A stretch of DNA of 64,000 bases from an uncultured Chloroflexia bacterium (GCA_963728205.1 CAVSIV010000002.1:192001-256000); one strand, 5' to 3'. Positions 21,463-35,270 are shown, numbered from the stretch's first letter. Program-made: numbers and translations. The notes: a model not told the origin generated them from the sequence alone.

Positions 21463-21969
21463 CTATGGTGCCGCGCCGTCCCATCGCTCCCAGTGCACGA
21501 GCGTGTCGAACGGCAGCCGGCGGTCGCCGCGCCCCTTCGCACGCCCGCCGCCGGGGTAGCCGAACGTGAGCGCCATCGCGACGACGGTGTTCGGCGGGGA
21601 GCCGAGCACTTCGCGCGCGCGGTCGTCGTGCTGGATGCCGACGGGGCAGCTCGCGATGCCGAGCGCCTGCGCGGCGATCATCATGTTCTGCGCTGCGCGG
21701 CCGGCGTCGAAGGCGCGGCTGCCCTCGTAGCGCACGATCGCGATGACGAGCGGGCTCGCCGGGAGATGCGTCGTGAAGTCGCCGCAGCTCGCGAGCGCGC
21801 GCTTTTGCTCCGGATCGCGGATCACGACGAAGCGGAGCGGCTGCTCGTTCTTCGAGCTGCCGGCCATGCGCCCGGCCTGGAGCAGCTGCCGGACGACGGC
21901 ATCCGGGATCGGTCGGTCGTCGTAGTCGCGGGTATCCCGCTTCGCGAGGATCGCGTCGTAGGCGTCCAT
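21463..21969 (-). CDS. Nitroreductase family protein
   Basis: AILAKRDTRDY, AGSSKNEQPLRFVV, DAGRAAQNMMIAAQALGIASC. Confidence 0.88.
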   Translation of the reverse strand: MDAYDAILAKRDTRDYDDRPIPDAVVRQLLQAGRMAGSSKNEQPLRFVVIRDPEQKRALASCGDFTTHLPASPLVIAIVRYEGSRAFDAGRAAQNMMIAAQALGIASCPVGIQHDDRAREVLGSPPNTVVAMALTFGYPGGGRAKGRGDRRLPFDTLVHWERWDGAAP

Positions 21970-22287
21970 GGGTGCCTCCGCTCGCTGGGCCGGCGGGTGC
22001 CGGTGGGTGCCGGTGGTGGTGCGTCGCGGGCTCGCCGCCATGACGAGTATGCCGTGCCCATCGCGCGTCCGCAGACCCCCGCAGCGCCCGCGGGCGAACA
22101 CGCGCGCGGTGCGGCCACTCTCAACGGCTTTGCGATGTTGCCGCGCATTGATCGTTCGATAGCTGACACGATCGCGCCGATACACTCGAAGTGTCTCCAC
22201 TGCGCGTGGGCGGCGCCGCCCTGCGGTCCGGTCACCGGCACGGGAGACATGGCGGTCTGGACGGACCGCCCGGCCCGGGGAGGCGGC

Positions 22288-23004
22288 GTGACAGCACTCA
22301 TTTCCGAACACACCCTCGCGGACAACGCGCTCCTCCACGGACTACCGGACGCGGAGCGGCAAGCGATCCGCGGGATCGTGCAGCCCATGCCACTGCACAC
22401 CGGGGATGTGGTCTTCGAGGAAGACGAGGAGATCGACGAGCTGCTGTTCCCGGTGCGCGGGGTGATCTCCGTCGTGACCGTGACGATGACGGGCGGCTCG
22501 ATCGAGGCGGCGCTCGCGGGCCGCGAGGGCGCGGTCGGCGTGGCGGCGCTGCTCGGGCACGCGTGCTCGCCGTGGCGCGGGCTGGTGCAGGCGCCGGGCG
22601 AGGCGCTGCGCGTGCCGGTCTCGCCGCTGATCGAGGAGGGCGGCAGTCTCCCAGTCCTGAGACAGCGGCTCCTGCGCTACGCGGGCGCGCTGTTGCAGGC
22701 GACGGCGCAGGCCGTCGCCTGCAACCGGTTTCACCACCTCGAGGAGCGAGCGGCGCGCTGGCTGCTGTCGATGTTCGACTCCGCCGAAGGCGATGAGATC
22801 CCGCTGACGCACGAATTCCTGTCGCTGATGCTCGGCGTGCACCGCCCGAGCGTGACGGTCGCGCTACGCGTGCTCGAGCGGGCGGGCGCAATCGAGCTGC
22901 ACCGTCGCAGCATCGTGCTGCACGACCGCGCGACGCTCGCGGCCGGCGCCTGCGAGTGCTACGCGCGCATCCGCAGCTTCTCGCGCGCGGTCATCCCGGA
23001 CTGA
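22288..23004 (+). CDS. Crp/Fnr family transcriptional regulator (C-terminal CECY subfamily)
   Basis: cNMP-type beta-roll (GREGAVG), ACNRFH, ERAARWLL, HTH LTHEFLSLMLGVHRPSVT, ACECY; GGGGAGG RBS. Confidence 0.88.
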   Translation: MTALISEHTLADNALLHGLPDAERQAIRGIVQPMPLHTGDVVFEEDEEIDELLFPVRGVISVVTVTMTGGSIEAALAGREGAVGVAALLGHACSPWRGLVQAPGEALRVPVSPLIEEGGSLPVLRQRLLRYAGALLQATAQAVACNRFHHLEERAARWLLSMFDSAEGDEIPLTHEFLSLMLGVHRPSVTVALRVLERAGAIELHRRSIVLHDRATLAAGACECYARIRSFSRAVIPD

Positions 23005-23068
23005 TCGCCCCGCCCGCGACGGGGCGATCGACGCAGGCCCGCGTGAGGTGCCCGCGAGCCCCGCCCGA

Positions 23069-23272
23069 TCAGCGTTCCCGCTGCCGCTGCTCCAGCCAGA
23101 GCTGCTCGGCGCGCGCGGCGTCTCGCTTGCGGCGCGCATAGCAGTCGGGACAGAGGTACGTGTGCTCGTCCCGAACGGTCGCCGGCATGCGGCCACAGGC
23201 CGCGCAGCGCGAGCCATCTCCGGGCGGCTCGAACGGACCGCCGGGATCCGGGAGGGAACGCGTCCCCGCCAT
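23069..23272 (-). CDS. Small Zn-ribbon protein
   Basis: CAAC...CPDC; AAGGAGG RBS. Confidence 0.55.
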   Translation of the reverse strand: MAGTRSLPDPGGPFEPPGDGSRCAACGRMPATVRDEHTYLCPDCYARRKRDAARAEQLWLEQRQRER

Positions 23273-23497
23273 CGCGGTGTCCTCCTTCGGTCTCTGCCGG
23301 TCGGGTGCGCAGCGGCGTGTGGGGACCGTATGGGCTGCGCCGACGCATGTCGGTCATTGACCGGACGGTGTACGGATCGTTGCAGAGTCGTCGCTTGACG
23401 CCGGTGTTCACCTGAAAAGGGGAGCGTGCTTCGCCTCCGCCCGTGCGCCGGGCGCAGGCGGGAGGTGACGCCCCGAGATCGGGGGACCAGCCGCGAG

Positions 23498-23971
23498 ATG
23501 TCCGACGGACCGCTCTGGCCGCTCGTCGTCTACTTCGCCCTCGCGCTGGTCGTGGCGGGCGGCATGCTCGGACTGTCGTACATCCTCGGCGAACGCCATC
23601 ACGCCCCCGCGATGGGCGACCCATACGAATCCGGCATGGAGCCGACGGGATGGGCCGGCGGCCGATTCGACGTCCGGTTCTACGTGATCGCGATGGCCTT
23701 TGTGATCTTCGACCTCGAGTCGATGTTCGTCTTCGCCTGGGCGGTCGCGCTGCGCCGCGCAGGCTGGTCCGCCTACCTCGAGATGACCGTGTTCATCGCG
23801 GTGCTCCTGGTCACGCTTGTCTACCTGCTGCGGGTCGGCGCGTTCGACTGGGGGCGTAACCGCCAGCGCGGGCGCGGTACGCCACTTGCGATCGCGCGCG
23901 ATCCCGGGGCGGGGGATGTCGGGCCACAGGGTGGGCCCGCAGGCCGACCGGCGCCGGAACCGCAGCAGTGA
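23498..23971 (+). CDS. nuoA: NADH-quinone oxidoreductase subunit A
   Basis: PYESG, FYVIAMAFVIFDLE, GAFDW. Confidence 0.93.
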   Translation: MSDGPLWPLVVYFALALVVAGGMLGLSYILGERHHAPAMGDPYESGMEPTGWAGGRFDVRFYVIAMAFVIFDLESMFVFAWAVALRRAGWSAYLEMTVFIAVLLVTLVYLLRVGAFDWGRNRQRGRGTPLAIARDPGAGDVGPQGGPAGRPAPEPQQ

Positions 23972-23983
23972 GGAGCGACGCCC

Positions 23984-24655
23984 ATGCAGACCCGGCTGAC
24001 CCGCCCCGGAGAGTGGCCGCCGCCCGCGACGAGTGAGCCGTCGCCGACGGGTGCGACCGGCGACGCCGTCGGCCCGCCCGACGGCGTGCTGGGCAGGGTG
24101 CTCGCGCTCGCGCGCCTGCAGGACCTCGTGGCGTGGGGCCGCAAGAACTCGCTGTGGCCGTTCAACTTCGGACTCTCCTGCTGCTTCGTCGAGATGGCGA
24201 CCAGCATCACCAGCAAGTACGACATCGCGCGCTTCGGCTCGGAGGTGATTCGCGGCACGCCGCGCGAGGCCGACGTGATGGTGATCGCCGGGACGGTGTT
24301 CCGGAAGATGGCGCCGGTCATCATGCGGCTGCACGACCAGATGATGGAGCCGCGCTGGGTCGTCTCGATGGGCTCGTGCGCCAACTCCGGCGGCATGTAC
24401 GACATCTACTCGGTGGTGCAGGGGGTCGACAGCTTCCTCCCGGTCGACGTCTACGTGCCCGGCTGCCCGCCGCGGCCGGACGCCTTCATGCAGGGGCTGC
24501 TGCTGCTGCGCGAGGCCGTGGGCACGGACCGGCGGCCGCTGTCGTGGATGGCCGGCCCGCAGGGGGTGGAGCGTGTGCCGCGCCGCTCGCAGCGCGAGCT
24601 TCGCCACGACGAGCACGTGCACGTGACGAACCTGCGGACGCCCGATCATGTCTGA
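23984..24655 (+). CDS. nuoB: NADH-quinone oxidoreductase subunit B
   Basis: [28 protein letters not shown]. Confidence 0.96.
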   Translation: MQTRLTRPGEWPPPATSEPSPTGATGDAVGPPDGVLGRVLALARLQDLVAWGRKNSLWPFNFGLSCCFVEMATSITSKYDIARFGSEVIRGTPREADVMVIAGTVFRKMAPVIMRLHDQMMEPRWVVSMGSCANSGGMYDIYSVVQGVDSFLPVDVYVPGCPPRPDAFMQGLLLLREAVGTDRRPLSWMAGPQGVERVPRRSQRELRHDEHVHVTNLRTPDHV

Positions 24656-24699
24656 GCGCATCGGAGTGGCGCGCCGGGCGGCGGCGGCGGGCTGCCCGT

Positions 24700-24727
24700 C
24701 GCGTCGGCGGCATGCTGCCGCCGCTTG
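24700..24727. repeat. REP-like hairpin nearly identical to 4785-4813
   Basis: cgcgtcggcggcatg-ctgccgccgcttg versus cgcgtcggcggcatgtctgccgccgcttg. Confidence 0.7.
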
Positions 24728-24757
24728 CCGCGATGCCGGGGTTGCGAGCGCGGCGCG

Positions 24758-26560
24758 ATGACGTCGAGCCAGGCGCGCGGCGCGAGCCCCACCGCCCCCG
24801 AGGCGGCGCTCGACCCGGTGACATCGCCGGTGTTCACCGACCTGCGCATGCGCTTCGGCGACGACGTCGCGCGGCCGCAGCCCTCGAGCGGCGACGCGCC
24901 GGTGCTGTGGGTGGCGAAGGAGCGCGCCGGCGAGGTGCTGCGGTACCTCAAGCGCGAGGCCGCGCGGCCGTTCGAGATGCTGTTCGACCTCACGGCGATC
25001 GACGAGCGCACCCGCCAGCACCGCGACGGCCAGCCGCCGAGCGACTTCACCGTCGTCTACCACCTGCTCTCGCTGGACCGCGCGGAGGACGTGCGCCTGA
25101 AGGTGCCGCTGACGGGCGACGCGCCGTCGCTGCCGACGGTGACCGACCTCTGGCCGAACGCGAACTGGTACGAGCGCGAGGCGTGGGACCTGTTCGGGGT
25201 GCGCTTCGACGGCCATCCGCACCTCGCACGGCTGCTGATGCCGGAGTTCTGGGAGGGCCACCCGCTACGCAAGGACCACCCCGCCCGCGCTACGGAGCTG
25301 GGCCCGCTGTCGCTGCGCGAGGAGCAGGCGGCGGTCGAGCAGCGCGAGGCGCAGTTCCGGCCGGAGGACTGGGGGCTGGCGCGCCGCAGTGGCGACACCG
25401 ACTTCATGTTCCTCAACGTCGGCCCGCAACATCCCGGCACGCACGGCGTGCTGCGCGTGGTGCTGCAGCTCGACGGCGAGACGATCGTCGATGCGGTGCC
25501 GGAGATCGGCTACCACCACCGCGGCGCGGAGAAGATGGGCGAGCGCCAGTCCTGGCACACGTACATCCCGTACACGGACCGCGTCGACTACCTCGGCGGG
25601 GTGATGAACAACCTGCCGTACCTGCTGTCCGTGGAACGCATGGCCGGCATCGCGGTGCCGCCGCGCGCCCGCGTGATCCGCGTGATGCTGTGCGAGCTGT
25701 TTCGCATCGCCAGCCACCTGGTGTGGTACGGGACGTTCGCGCAGGACGTCGGCTACCTGTCGCCGGTCTTCTACACGTTCACCGACCGCGAGCGGATCCT
25801 CGAGATCATCGAGGCGATCTGCGGCGCGCGCATGCACCCCAACTGGTTCCGCATCGGCGGCGTGGCGCAGGACCTGCCTGAGGGCTGGGAGCGCCTCGTG
25901 GGCGAGTTCCTGCGCGACTTCCCGGCGCGGCTCGACGAGTACGACCGCATCGTGATGCGCAACCGCGTCTTCCAGTGGCGCACGAAGGACGTCGGCGCGG
26001 TCAGCCTCGAGGAGGCGATCGACTGGGGCTTCACCGGGCCGATGCTGCGCGCGTGCGGCCTGGAGTGGGACGTGCGCAAGCGCCGGCCGTACGCCGGCTA
26101 CGACGAGTTCGAGTTCGACATCCCGACCGCCGAGGACGGCGACTGCTACGCGCGCTCGGTGGTGCGCGTCGAGGAGATGCGGCAGAGCCTGCGCATCATC
26201 CAGCAGTGCCTCGACCACATGCCGTCCGGTCCGTACAAGGCCGACCACCCGCTCGCCACGCCGCCGCTCAAGGACCGCACGATGCACGACATCGAGACGC
26301 TGATCACGCACTTCCTCAGCGTCTCGTGGGGCCCGGTGATCCCGCCCGACGAGGCCGAGGTGCTGGTCGAGGCGACGAAGGGGGTGAACAGCTACTACCT
26401 CGTGAGCGACGGCAGCACGCTGCCGTACCGCGTGCGCATCCGCGCGCCGTCGTTCCCGCACATCCAGGCCGTGCCGCTGATGGCGCGCGGCGGGATGATC
26501 CCGGACCTGCTCGCGATCCTCGGCAGCATCGATTTCGTGCTCGCGGACGTGGACCGCTGA
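24758..26560 (+). CDS. nuoCD: NADH-quinone oxidoreductase fused subunit C/D
   Basis: [22 protein letters not shown], then [23 protein letters not shown], ending LADVDR, all in one uninterrupted ORF. Confidence 0.96.
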   Translation: MTSSQARGASPTAPEAALDPVTSPVFTDLRMRFGDDVARPQPSSGDAPVLWVAKERAGEVLRYLKREAARPFEMLFDLTAIDERTRQHRDGQPPSDFTVVYHLLSLDRAEDVRLKVPLTGDAPSLPTVTDLWPNANWYEREAWDLFGVRFDGHPHLARLLMPEFWEGHPLRKDHPARATELGPLSLREEQAAVEQREAQFRPEDWGLARRSGDTDFMFLNVGPQHPGTHGVLRVVLQLDGETIVDAVPEIGYHHRGAEKMGERQSWHTYIPYTDRVDYLGGVMNNLPYLLSVERMAGIAVPPRARVIRVMLCELFRIASHLVWYGTFAQDVGYLSPVFYTFTDRERILEIIEAICGARMHPNWFRIGGVAQDLPEGWERLVGEFLRDFPARLDEYDRIVMRNRVFQWRTKDVGAVSLEEAIDWGFTGPMLRACGLEWDVRKRRPYAGYDEFEFDIPTAEDGDCYARSVVRVEEMRQSLRIIQQCLDHMPSGPYKADHPLATPPLKDRTMHDIETLITHFLSVSWGPVIPPDEAEVLVEATKGVNSYYLVSDGSTLPYRVRIRAPSFPHIQAVPLMARGGMIPDLLAILGSIDFVLADVDR

Positions 26561-26561
26561 C

Positions 26562-27029
26562 GTGCTGACCGCCGACGAGCGTCGCGAGATCGAGGAGGAG
26601 ATCGCCGCGCTACCCGCGGCGGCAGTCGGGGACGATCGAGGCGATGCGCATCGTGCAGCGCCACCGCGGCTGGGTGTCCGACGAGGCGCTCGCGGACATC
26701 GCCGAGCTGCTCGAGATTCCGCTCGCCGAGCTCGACGGCATCGCGACCTTCTACAACCTGATCTACCGCCGGCCGGTCGGCCGCCACGTGCATCCTGCTG
26801 TGCGACAGCATCTAGCTGCTGGGTGATGGGCTATTCCGCCGTCCGCGCGGCGATCCGCGATGCCCTCGGCGTCGACCTCGGCGGCACCACCGGCGACGAC
26901 CGCTTCACGTTCCTGCCCAGCGTGTGCCTCGGCGACTGCAACCACGCGCCGGTGCTGATGGTCGACGAGGACCTGCACCGCGACGTGAGGCCCGACGGCG
27001 TGGGCGCGGTGCTGGAGCGCTACGAGTGA
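26562..27029 (+). CDS. nuoE: NADH-quinone oxidoreductase subunit E; compensating apparent frameshifts near 26615 and 26812
   Basis: MRIVQRHRGWVSDEAL...IATFYNLIYRRPVGRH in an alternate frame; CDSI-SCWVMG; CLGDCNHAP. Confidence 0.88.
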   Translation: MLTADERREIEEEIAALPAAAVGDDRGDAHRAAPPRLGVRRGARGHRRAARDSARRARRHRDLLQPDLPPAGRPPRASCCATASSCWVMGYSAVRAAIRDALGVDLGGTTGDDRFTFLPSVCLGDCNHAPVLMVDEDLHRDVRPDGVGAVLERYE

Positions 27030-27042
27030 GGGGCGAGGGCTG

Positions 27043-28332
27043 ATGGCGCTCGACGACCGTCCGCTGACCGGGCGCATGCGGCCCGACGGCGCGCCGCTGT
27101 TCATCGACGACTACGAGGCGGCCGGCGGCTACCGGGCGCTGCGCAAGGCGCTCGGCACGATGACGCCGCGGGAGGTGCTCGACACCGTGAAGGCGTCGAA
27201 CCTGCGCGGCCGCGGCGGCGCGGGATTCCCGGCCGGCATGAAGTGGAGCTTCGTGCCGATGGGCGACGACGCGCCGCACCCGAAGTACCTGGTCGCCAAC
27301 GCCGACGAGATGGAGCCGGGCACGTTCAAGGACCGCCTGCTGATGGAGCAGGACCCGCACCAGCTGATCGAGGGGATGATCATCGCGGCCTACGCGATCC
27401 AGGCGGACGTCGCCTACGTCTTCCTGCGCTGGGCGTACCGCGTCGCGGCGCAGCGGCTGGAGCGCGCGATCGCGGAGGCGTACGAGCGCGGCTACCTCGG
27501 TCGCGACGTCCTCGGGTCGGGCTGGGGGCTCGACCTCCACCTGCACATCAGCGCCGGCCGCTACATGTGCGGCGAGGAGACGGGGCTGCTCAACGCGCTC
27601 GAGGGCAAGCGCGCGAACCCGCGGGCGAAGCCGCCGTTCCCGCAGGCGAGCGGCGCGTGGGGCAAGCCGACGGTCGTTAACAACGTCGAGACGCTGTGCA
27701 ACGTGCCGCACATCATCGAGCGCGGCGCCGACTGGTTCCTCACGCTCAGCCACACCGGCGACGGCGGCACGAAGCTCTACGGCGCGAGCGGCCACGTGAA
27801 GCGACCCGGGGTGTGGGAGCTGCCGCTGGGCACGCCGCTCGGCGAGCTGCTGCACGAGCACGCGGGCGGGATGCAGGACGGCTACCGGTTCCGCGGCCTC
27901 CTGCCCGGCGGGGCGTCGACCGACTTCCTCACGGCCGATCACTTCGACCTGCTGATGGACTTCGACTCGCCGCCGAAGGCGGGAAGCCGGCTGGGCACCG
28001 GCACGATGATCGTGCTCGACGACCGCACCTGCCCGGTCGGCTTCACCGAGAACCTGATGCACTTCTTCGCGCAGGAGTCGTGCGGCTGGTGCACGCCGTG
28101 CTGGGCGGGGCTGCGCTGGGTCGACGAGATCCTGGTGCGCATGGAGGCCGGTCGCGGCATCCCCGACGACATGAACCGGCTGCGTCAGCACGCCGGCCTG
28201 CTCACGCCGGGCAATACCTACTGCGCGCTCGCGCCCGGCGCGCAGGAGCCGCTGCAGAGCGCGCTCAAGTACTTCGAGGAGGACTTCGAGCGCCACATCC
28301 GCGAGCACGCCTGTCCGTGGGGGGAGCGCTGA
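27043..28332 (+). CDS. nuoF: NADH-quinone oxidoreductase subunit F
   Basis: LRGRGGAGFP, NADEMEPGTFKD, YMCGEET, ESCGWCTPC...YCALA. Confidence 0.97.
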   Translation: MALDDRPLTGRMRPDGAPLFIDDYEAAGGYRALRKALGTMTPREVLDTVKASNLRGRGGAGFPAGMKWSFVPMGDDAPHPKYLVANADEMEPGTFKDRLLMEQDPHQLIEGMIIAAYAIQADVAYVFLRWAYRVAAQRLERAIAEAYERGYLGRDVLGSGWGLDLHLHISAGRYMCGEETGLLNALEGKRANPRAKPPFPQASGAWGKPTVVNNVETLCNVPHIIERGADWFLTLSHTGDGGTKLYGASGHVKRPGVWELPLGTPLGELLHEHAGGMQDGYRFRGLLPGGASTDFLTADHFDLLMDFDSPPKAGSRLGTGTMIVLDDRTCPVGFTENLMHFFAQESCGWCTPCWAGLRWVDEILVRMEAGRGIPDDMNRLRQHAGLLTPGNTYCALAPGAQEPLQSALKYFEEDFERHIREHACPWGER

Positions 28333-31084
28333 TGCCGCGCATCACCGTCGACGGCCGCGACTACGAGGTGCGCGAGGGGCAGCAGCTGCTGGAGGCGTGC
28401 CTCGACGCTGGGCCTCGACCTGCCGTACTTCTGCTGGCATCCGGCGATGGGGTCGGTGGGCGCGTGCCGGCAGTGCGCCGTGAAGCAGTTCCGCGACGCC
28501 GACGACACGCAGGGGCGACTCGTGATGGCGTGCATGACGAACGCCGCCGACGGAACGCGCATCGCGATCGAGGACGCCGAGGCGCCGTCGAGTTCCGCGA
28601 GATGGTGATCGCGTGGCTGATGATGAGTCACCCGCATGACTGCCCCGTCTGCGACGAGGGCGGCGAGTGCCACCTGCAGGACATGACGGTCATGACCGGG
28701 CACACGTACCGGCGCTACGAGGGCCAGAAGCGCACGTTCCGCAACCAGGACCTCGGCCCGTTCGTGAACCACGAGATGAACCGCTGCATCCAGTGCTACC
28801 GCTGCGTGCGCTTCTACGACGACGTCGCCGGCGGCGGCGACCTGCGGCCGTTCGACCTGCACAACACCGTGTTCTTCGGGCGGGCCGACGACGGGGTGCT
28901 GGAGAGCGAGTTCGCGGGCAACCTCGTCGAGGTCTGCCCGACGGGCGTGTTCACCGACAAGACGCTGAAGCAGCATTACACGCGGAAGTGGGACCTGCAG
29001 ACCGCGCCGTCGGTGTGCCAGCACTGCGGCGTCGGGTGCAACACGATCGAGGGCGAGCGCTACGGGTCGCTGCGGCGGGTGCTCAACCGCTACCACCACG
29101 ACGTCAACGGCTACTTCCTCTGCGACCGCGGGCGCTACGGCTACGAGTTCGTGAACGGCGACGACCGGCTGCGCCGGCCGCAGGTGCGCACGTCGCGCGA
29201 GGCCTCCCCGGCGGAGGCCGGCGCGGCCGACGCCGTGGCCCACGCGGCGGGGTTCGTACGCGCGGCCGGGGCGGGACGCGTGATCGGCATCGGATCGCCG
29301 CGCGCGTCGCTCGAGGCGAACTGGACGCTGCGCGCGCTCGTGGGGGCGGAGCACTTCTACGGCGGCGGTGAGCCGCGCGAGCAGGCGCTCGTCGCGCACC
29401 TGCTCGGCGCGCTGCGCGCCGGGCCCGCGCCGGCCGCGTCGCTGCGCGACGTGCGCGAGGCGGACGCCGTGCTCGTGCTCGGCGAGGACCCGACGAACGC
29501 CGCGCCGATGCTCGACCTCGCGCTGCGCGAGTCCGTGCGGCAGGCTCCGCTGCGGCGGGCGCGGGCGGCCGGCATCGAGGGCTGGAACGACAAGCCGCTG
29601 CGCGAGTTCATCCAGGACGACCGCGGGCCGCTCTTCATCGCCACGCCGCAGCCGGTGAAGCTCGATGCGCTCGCGACGGAGACGCTGCGCGCCGCGCCGG
29701 ACGACGTCGCGCGGCTCGGCTTCGCGGTGGCGCATCGAGCTCGACGGCGCGGTCGCGGGCGTGGCGGACCTCGACGGCGAGGGGTTCGCCCTCGCGTGGC
29801 GGATCGCCGGCGCGCTGCGCGACGCGGAGCGGCCGCTGGTGGTGGTCGGGCCGACGCTCGGGAGCGCGGCGGTGATCGACGCCGCGGCGAACGTGGCGCG
29901 GGCGCTGTGCGCGGCCGGGCGGCCGGCGCGGCTGTGCGCGGTCGCGCCGATGGCGAACAGCTTCGGGCTCGCGCTGCTGGAGCCGCGCCCGCTCGACGCG
30001 GCCTTCGCGCGCGCCGACGCCGGCGCCGTGGGCGCGGCAATCGTGCTCGAGGCCGACCTCTTCCGCGCGGCGCCGCGCGCGGCGGTGGAGCGCTTCCTCG
30101 TCGCCGCAGAGCGGGTGATCGCGCTCGATGCCGTGCGCACAGGCGTGACCGACGCGGCCGGCGTCGCGCTGCCGGCCGGCGCGGTCGAGGAGTCCGGCGG
30201 CACCTTCGTGAACCACGAGGTCCGCGCGCAGCGCTTCTTCCAGGTGTATGTGCCCGACGAGCCGGTCCGCGCGTCGTGGCGCTGGCTGCTCGACCTCGCG
30301 CCCGCGTTCGGGCGCGACGCCGTCGCGCGCTGGACGGGCCTCGACGACGTGATCGACGCGCTCGTGGCGGATGAGCCGGCCCTCGCGCCGGTGCGCGAGA
30401 TCGCGCCGCCCGAGCGCTTCCGCATGCCCGGCGGCCAGCGCGTCGCGCGCCAGCCGCAGCGCTACAGCGGCCGCACCGCGATGCGCGCGAACCGCGAGAT
30501 CCAGGAGCCGGCGGCGCCGGCCGACGTCGACGCGCCGATGGTGTTCTCGATGGAGGGCAGCGCGCAGTGGCCGCCGTCGCTGACGCCGCGCTACTGGGCG
30601 CCGGGGTGGAACTCGGTGCAGGCGCTGAACAAGTTCCAGGAGGAGATCGGCGGGCCGCTGCGCGGCGGCGACCCCGGCCGGCGGCTGGTCGAGCCGCGGC
30701 GGATCGAGTCGTCCGCCTACCGCGGCGAGCCGCCCGCGGCGTTCGCCGCGCGCGACGGCGAGTGGCTGGTGGTGCCGCTGCCGCACATCTTCGGCAGCGG
30801 CGAGCTGTCGTCGCGCGGGCCGGCGATCCGCGCGCTGACGCCGGCGCCGTACGCCGGCGTGGGCGACGCGGACGCGCGCGCGCTCGGCATCGACGACCGC
30901 GTGCGCGTCGCGGTACGCGTCGGCGAGCAGGCGTGGGAGCTGCCGGTGCGGCGCATCGCCGGCCTGCCGCGCGGGGTGATCGGGTTGCGCGGTCGGCCTG
31001 CCCGGCATGGACGGACCGGCCGGCCTGCCCGCATGGGGGACGCTACGCGCGCTCGGCGCGGGGGCGCCGGGGGACGCCCCGTGA
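28332..31084 (+). CDS. nuoG: NADH-quinone oxidoreductase subunit G; several apparent frameshifts (~28409, ~28583, ~29730, ~30988)
   Basis: [39 protein letters not shown]7 CQHCGVGC...[19 protein letters not shown], spread over several frames. Confidence 0.9.
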
Positions 31085-32041
31085 TCGGGGACGTCGTCAA
31101 GCCGCTCGTGATCGTGCTGATCGTGCTCGGCGGGACGCTCCAGGTCGCCGCGTTCCTGATCTGGGTCGAGCGCCGCCTGCTCGGGCTGTGGCAGGACCGC
31201 TACGGACCGAACCGCGTCGGGCCGTTCGGCCTGCTCCAGCCCCTCGCCGACGCGATCAAGCTCTTCGCGAAGGAGGACTGGGTCCCGCCCTTCGCCGACC
31301 CGGTCGTCTTCATCGCTCGCGCCGGCGATCGTCGTCGTGACGTCGCTGCTCGTCTTCGCCCTGATCCCGATGGGCACCGGCATCCAGGTTGCCGACCTGA
31401 ACATCGGGCTGCTGTTCTTCCTCGGGATGTCGTCGCTCGGCGTCTACAGCGTCGCGCTCGGCGGGTGGGCGTCGAACAGCAAGTACTCGCTGATCGGTGG
31501 GCTGCGGTCGGCCGCGCAGATGCTGTCGTACGAGGTTTTCATGGGCCTCTCGCTGATGGGCGTGGTGATCCTCGCGGGGTCGTTCTCGTTCGCGCGGATC
31601 GTCGAGGCGCAGGGGGCATCTGGTACTGCATCCCGCAGTTCGTCGGGCTCGTCGTGTTCATGACGGCCGGGCTGGCCGAGGCGCGGCGCCTGCCGTTCGA
31701 CCTGCCCGAGGCCGAGAGCGAGCTGGTCGGCGGGCTTCCACTCCGAGTATTCCGGCGATGAAGTTCGGGATGTTCTTCGTCGGCGAGTACGTCGGCGTGA
31801 CGCTGATCTCCGCGCTGATCGTGACGCTCTTCTTCGGCGGGCCGCGCGGGCCGTTGCTGCCCGGCGATCGCCTGGTTCGTCGGCAAGACCTTCGTGCTGA
31901 TCGGGTTCTTCGTCCTGATGCGCGCGTCGTTGCCGCGGCCGCGCTACGACCAGCTCATGAACCTCGGCTGGCAGCGTGCTGCTGCCGCTGTCGCTGCTCA
32001 ACCTGCTCGTGACCGGCGCCGTCGTGCTGGCGATGGGTTAG
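31081..32041 (+). CDS. nuoH: NADH-quinone oxidoreductase subunit H; multiple apparent frameshifts
   Basis: [67 protein letters not shown]. Confidence 0.9.
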
Positions 32042-32050
32042 GGGGCCGCG

Positions 32051-32568
32051 ATGCTGAGCGTCGTCGACACGGTCTGGCACGTGCTGCGGCACACGTTCCG
32101 CCGCCGCCAGACCGTGCAGTACCCCGACGAGAAGGCGTACCTCGCCGCCGCGCTGGCGCGGCCGCATCGTGCTGTCGCGCGACCCCGACGGCGAGGAGCG
32201 CTGCGTCGCGTGCTACCTGTGCGCGGTCGCGTGCCCGGTCGACTGCATCGCGCTGCAGGCGACCGAGGACGAGACCGGGCGCCGCTACCCGGACTTCTTC
32301 CGCATCAACTTCTCGCGCTGCATCTTCTGCGGCTTCTGCGAGGAGGCGTGCCCGACCTATGCCATCCAGCTCACGCCCGACTTCGAGATGAGCGAGTACG
32401 AGCGGCCGAACCTGGTCTACGAGAAGGAGGACCTGACTGATCGACGGGCCGGGCAAGTACCCGGACTACAACTTCTACCGCGTTGCGGGGCTGGAGATCG
32501 GCGGCAAGGACACGGGCGAGGCCGAGCGCGAGGCGCCGCCGACGGACGTGCGGCGGCTGCTGCCGTGA
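32051..32568 (+). CDS. nuoI: NADH-quinone oxidoreductase subunit I; apparent frameshifts near 32145 and 32437
   Basis: [12 protein letters not shown] and [12 protein letters not shown]; E. coli-like tail [15 protein letters not shown]. Confidence 0.92.
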
Positions 32569-33057
32569 CCGACGCTGTTCTGGGTCGCGGCCGCCATCGC
32601 GGTCGTCTCGACGGCGATGGTGCTGGTGCAGCGCAACGCGATCCACGGGCTGCTGTACCTGGTGGTGTCGCTGCTCGCCGTGGCGCTGGTGTTCTTCGCG
32701 CTGGGCGCGCCGTTCGTCGCAGCGCTCGAGGTGATCATCTACGCCGGGGCGATCATGGTGCTGTTCGTCTTCGTCGTGATGGTGATCAACGTCGGTGTCG
32801 AGGGGGCGCGCATCGACGCCGGCCTGCTGCAGCCGACGGCGTGGATCGGGCCCGCTGTGCTCGCGTCGCTGCTGCTCGCGGCGCTGGTCGCGGTGCTCGT
32901 GCGCGGCGGGCCCGGCGTGCACGGTGCCGGCACGGCGATCGCGCCGACGGACGTCGGGCTCGCGCTGTTCGGCCGCTACCTGCTGGGGGTGGAGCTCGCG
33001 TCGCTGCTGCTGCTCGCGGGGCTGGTCGGCGCGTATCACCTCGGCCGGCGCGAGTAG
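32565..33057 (+). CDS. nuoJ: NADH-quinone oxidoreductase subunit J (start codon out of frame by one base)
   Basis: [39 protein letters not shown]. Confidence 0.9.
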
Positions 33058-33072
33058 CGGGCGGGGGCGGCG

Positions 33073-33378
33073 ATGCAGACGGCGGCCGACTACGGGCTCT
33101 TCCTCGCGACGATCCTCTTCGCGCTCGGGCTGCTCGGCGTGCTCTTGCGGCGCAACGTGCTGTTCATGCTGCTCTCGATCGAGATCATGCTGAACGCCGC
33201 AGGGCTCGCGTTCGTCGTGGCCGGCGCGCGCTGGGCGCAGCCCGACGGCCAGGTGATGTTCCTGTTCGTGCTCGCGATGGCCGCGGCCGAGGTGGCGGTG
33301 GGCCTGGCGCTGGTGCTGCAGCTGCTGCGGCACTTCGGGACGCTCGACGTCGACGCGGCGAGCCGGATGCGGGGCTAG
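33073..33378 (+). CDS. nuoK: NADH-quinone oxidoreductase subunit K
   Basis: [26 protein letters not shown]. Confidence 0.95.
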   Translation: MQTAADYGLFLATILFALGLLGVLLRRNVLFMLLSIEIMLNAAGLAFVVAGARWAQPDGQVMFLFVLAMAAAEVAVGLALVLQLLRHFGTLDVDAASRMRG

Positions 33379-33380
33379 CG

Positions 33381-35266
<1,886 letters not shown>

Positions 35267-35270
<4 letters not shown>

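Noticed and set aside
29665-31761. NuoG-NuoH fusion (also apparent NuoL-M and NuoI-L fusions in the ORF track)
   Set aside because: Produced by frameshifts; the normal GTGA stop/start overlaps are present at 31081 and 35267.
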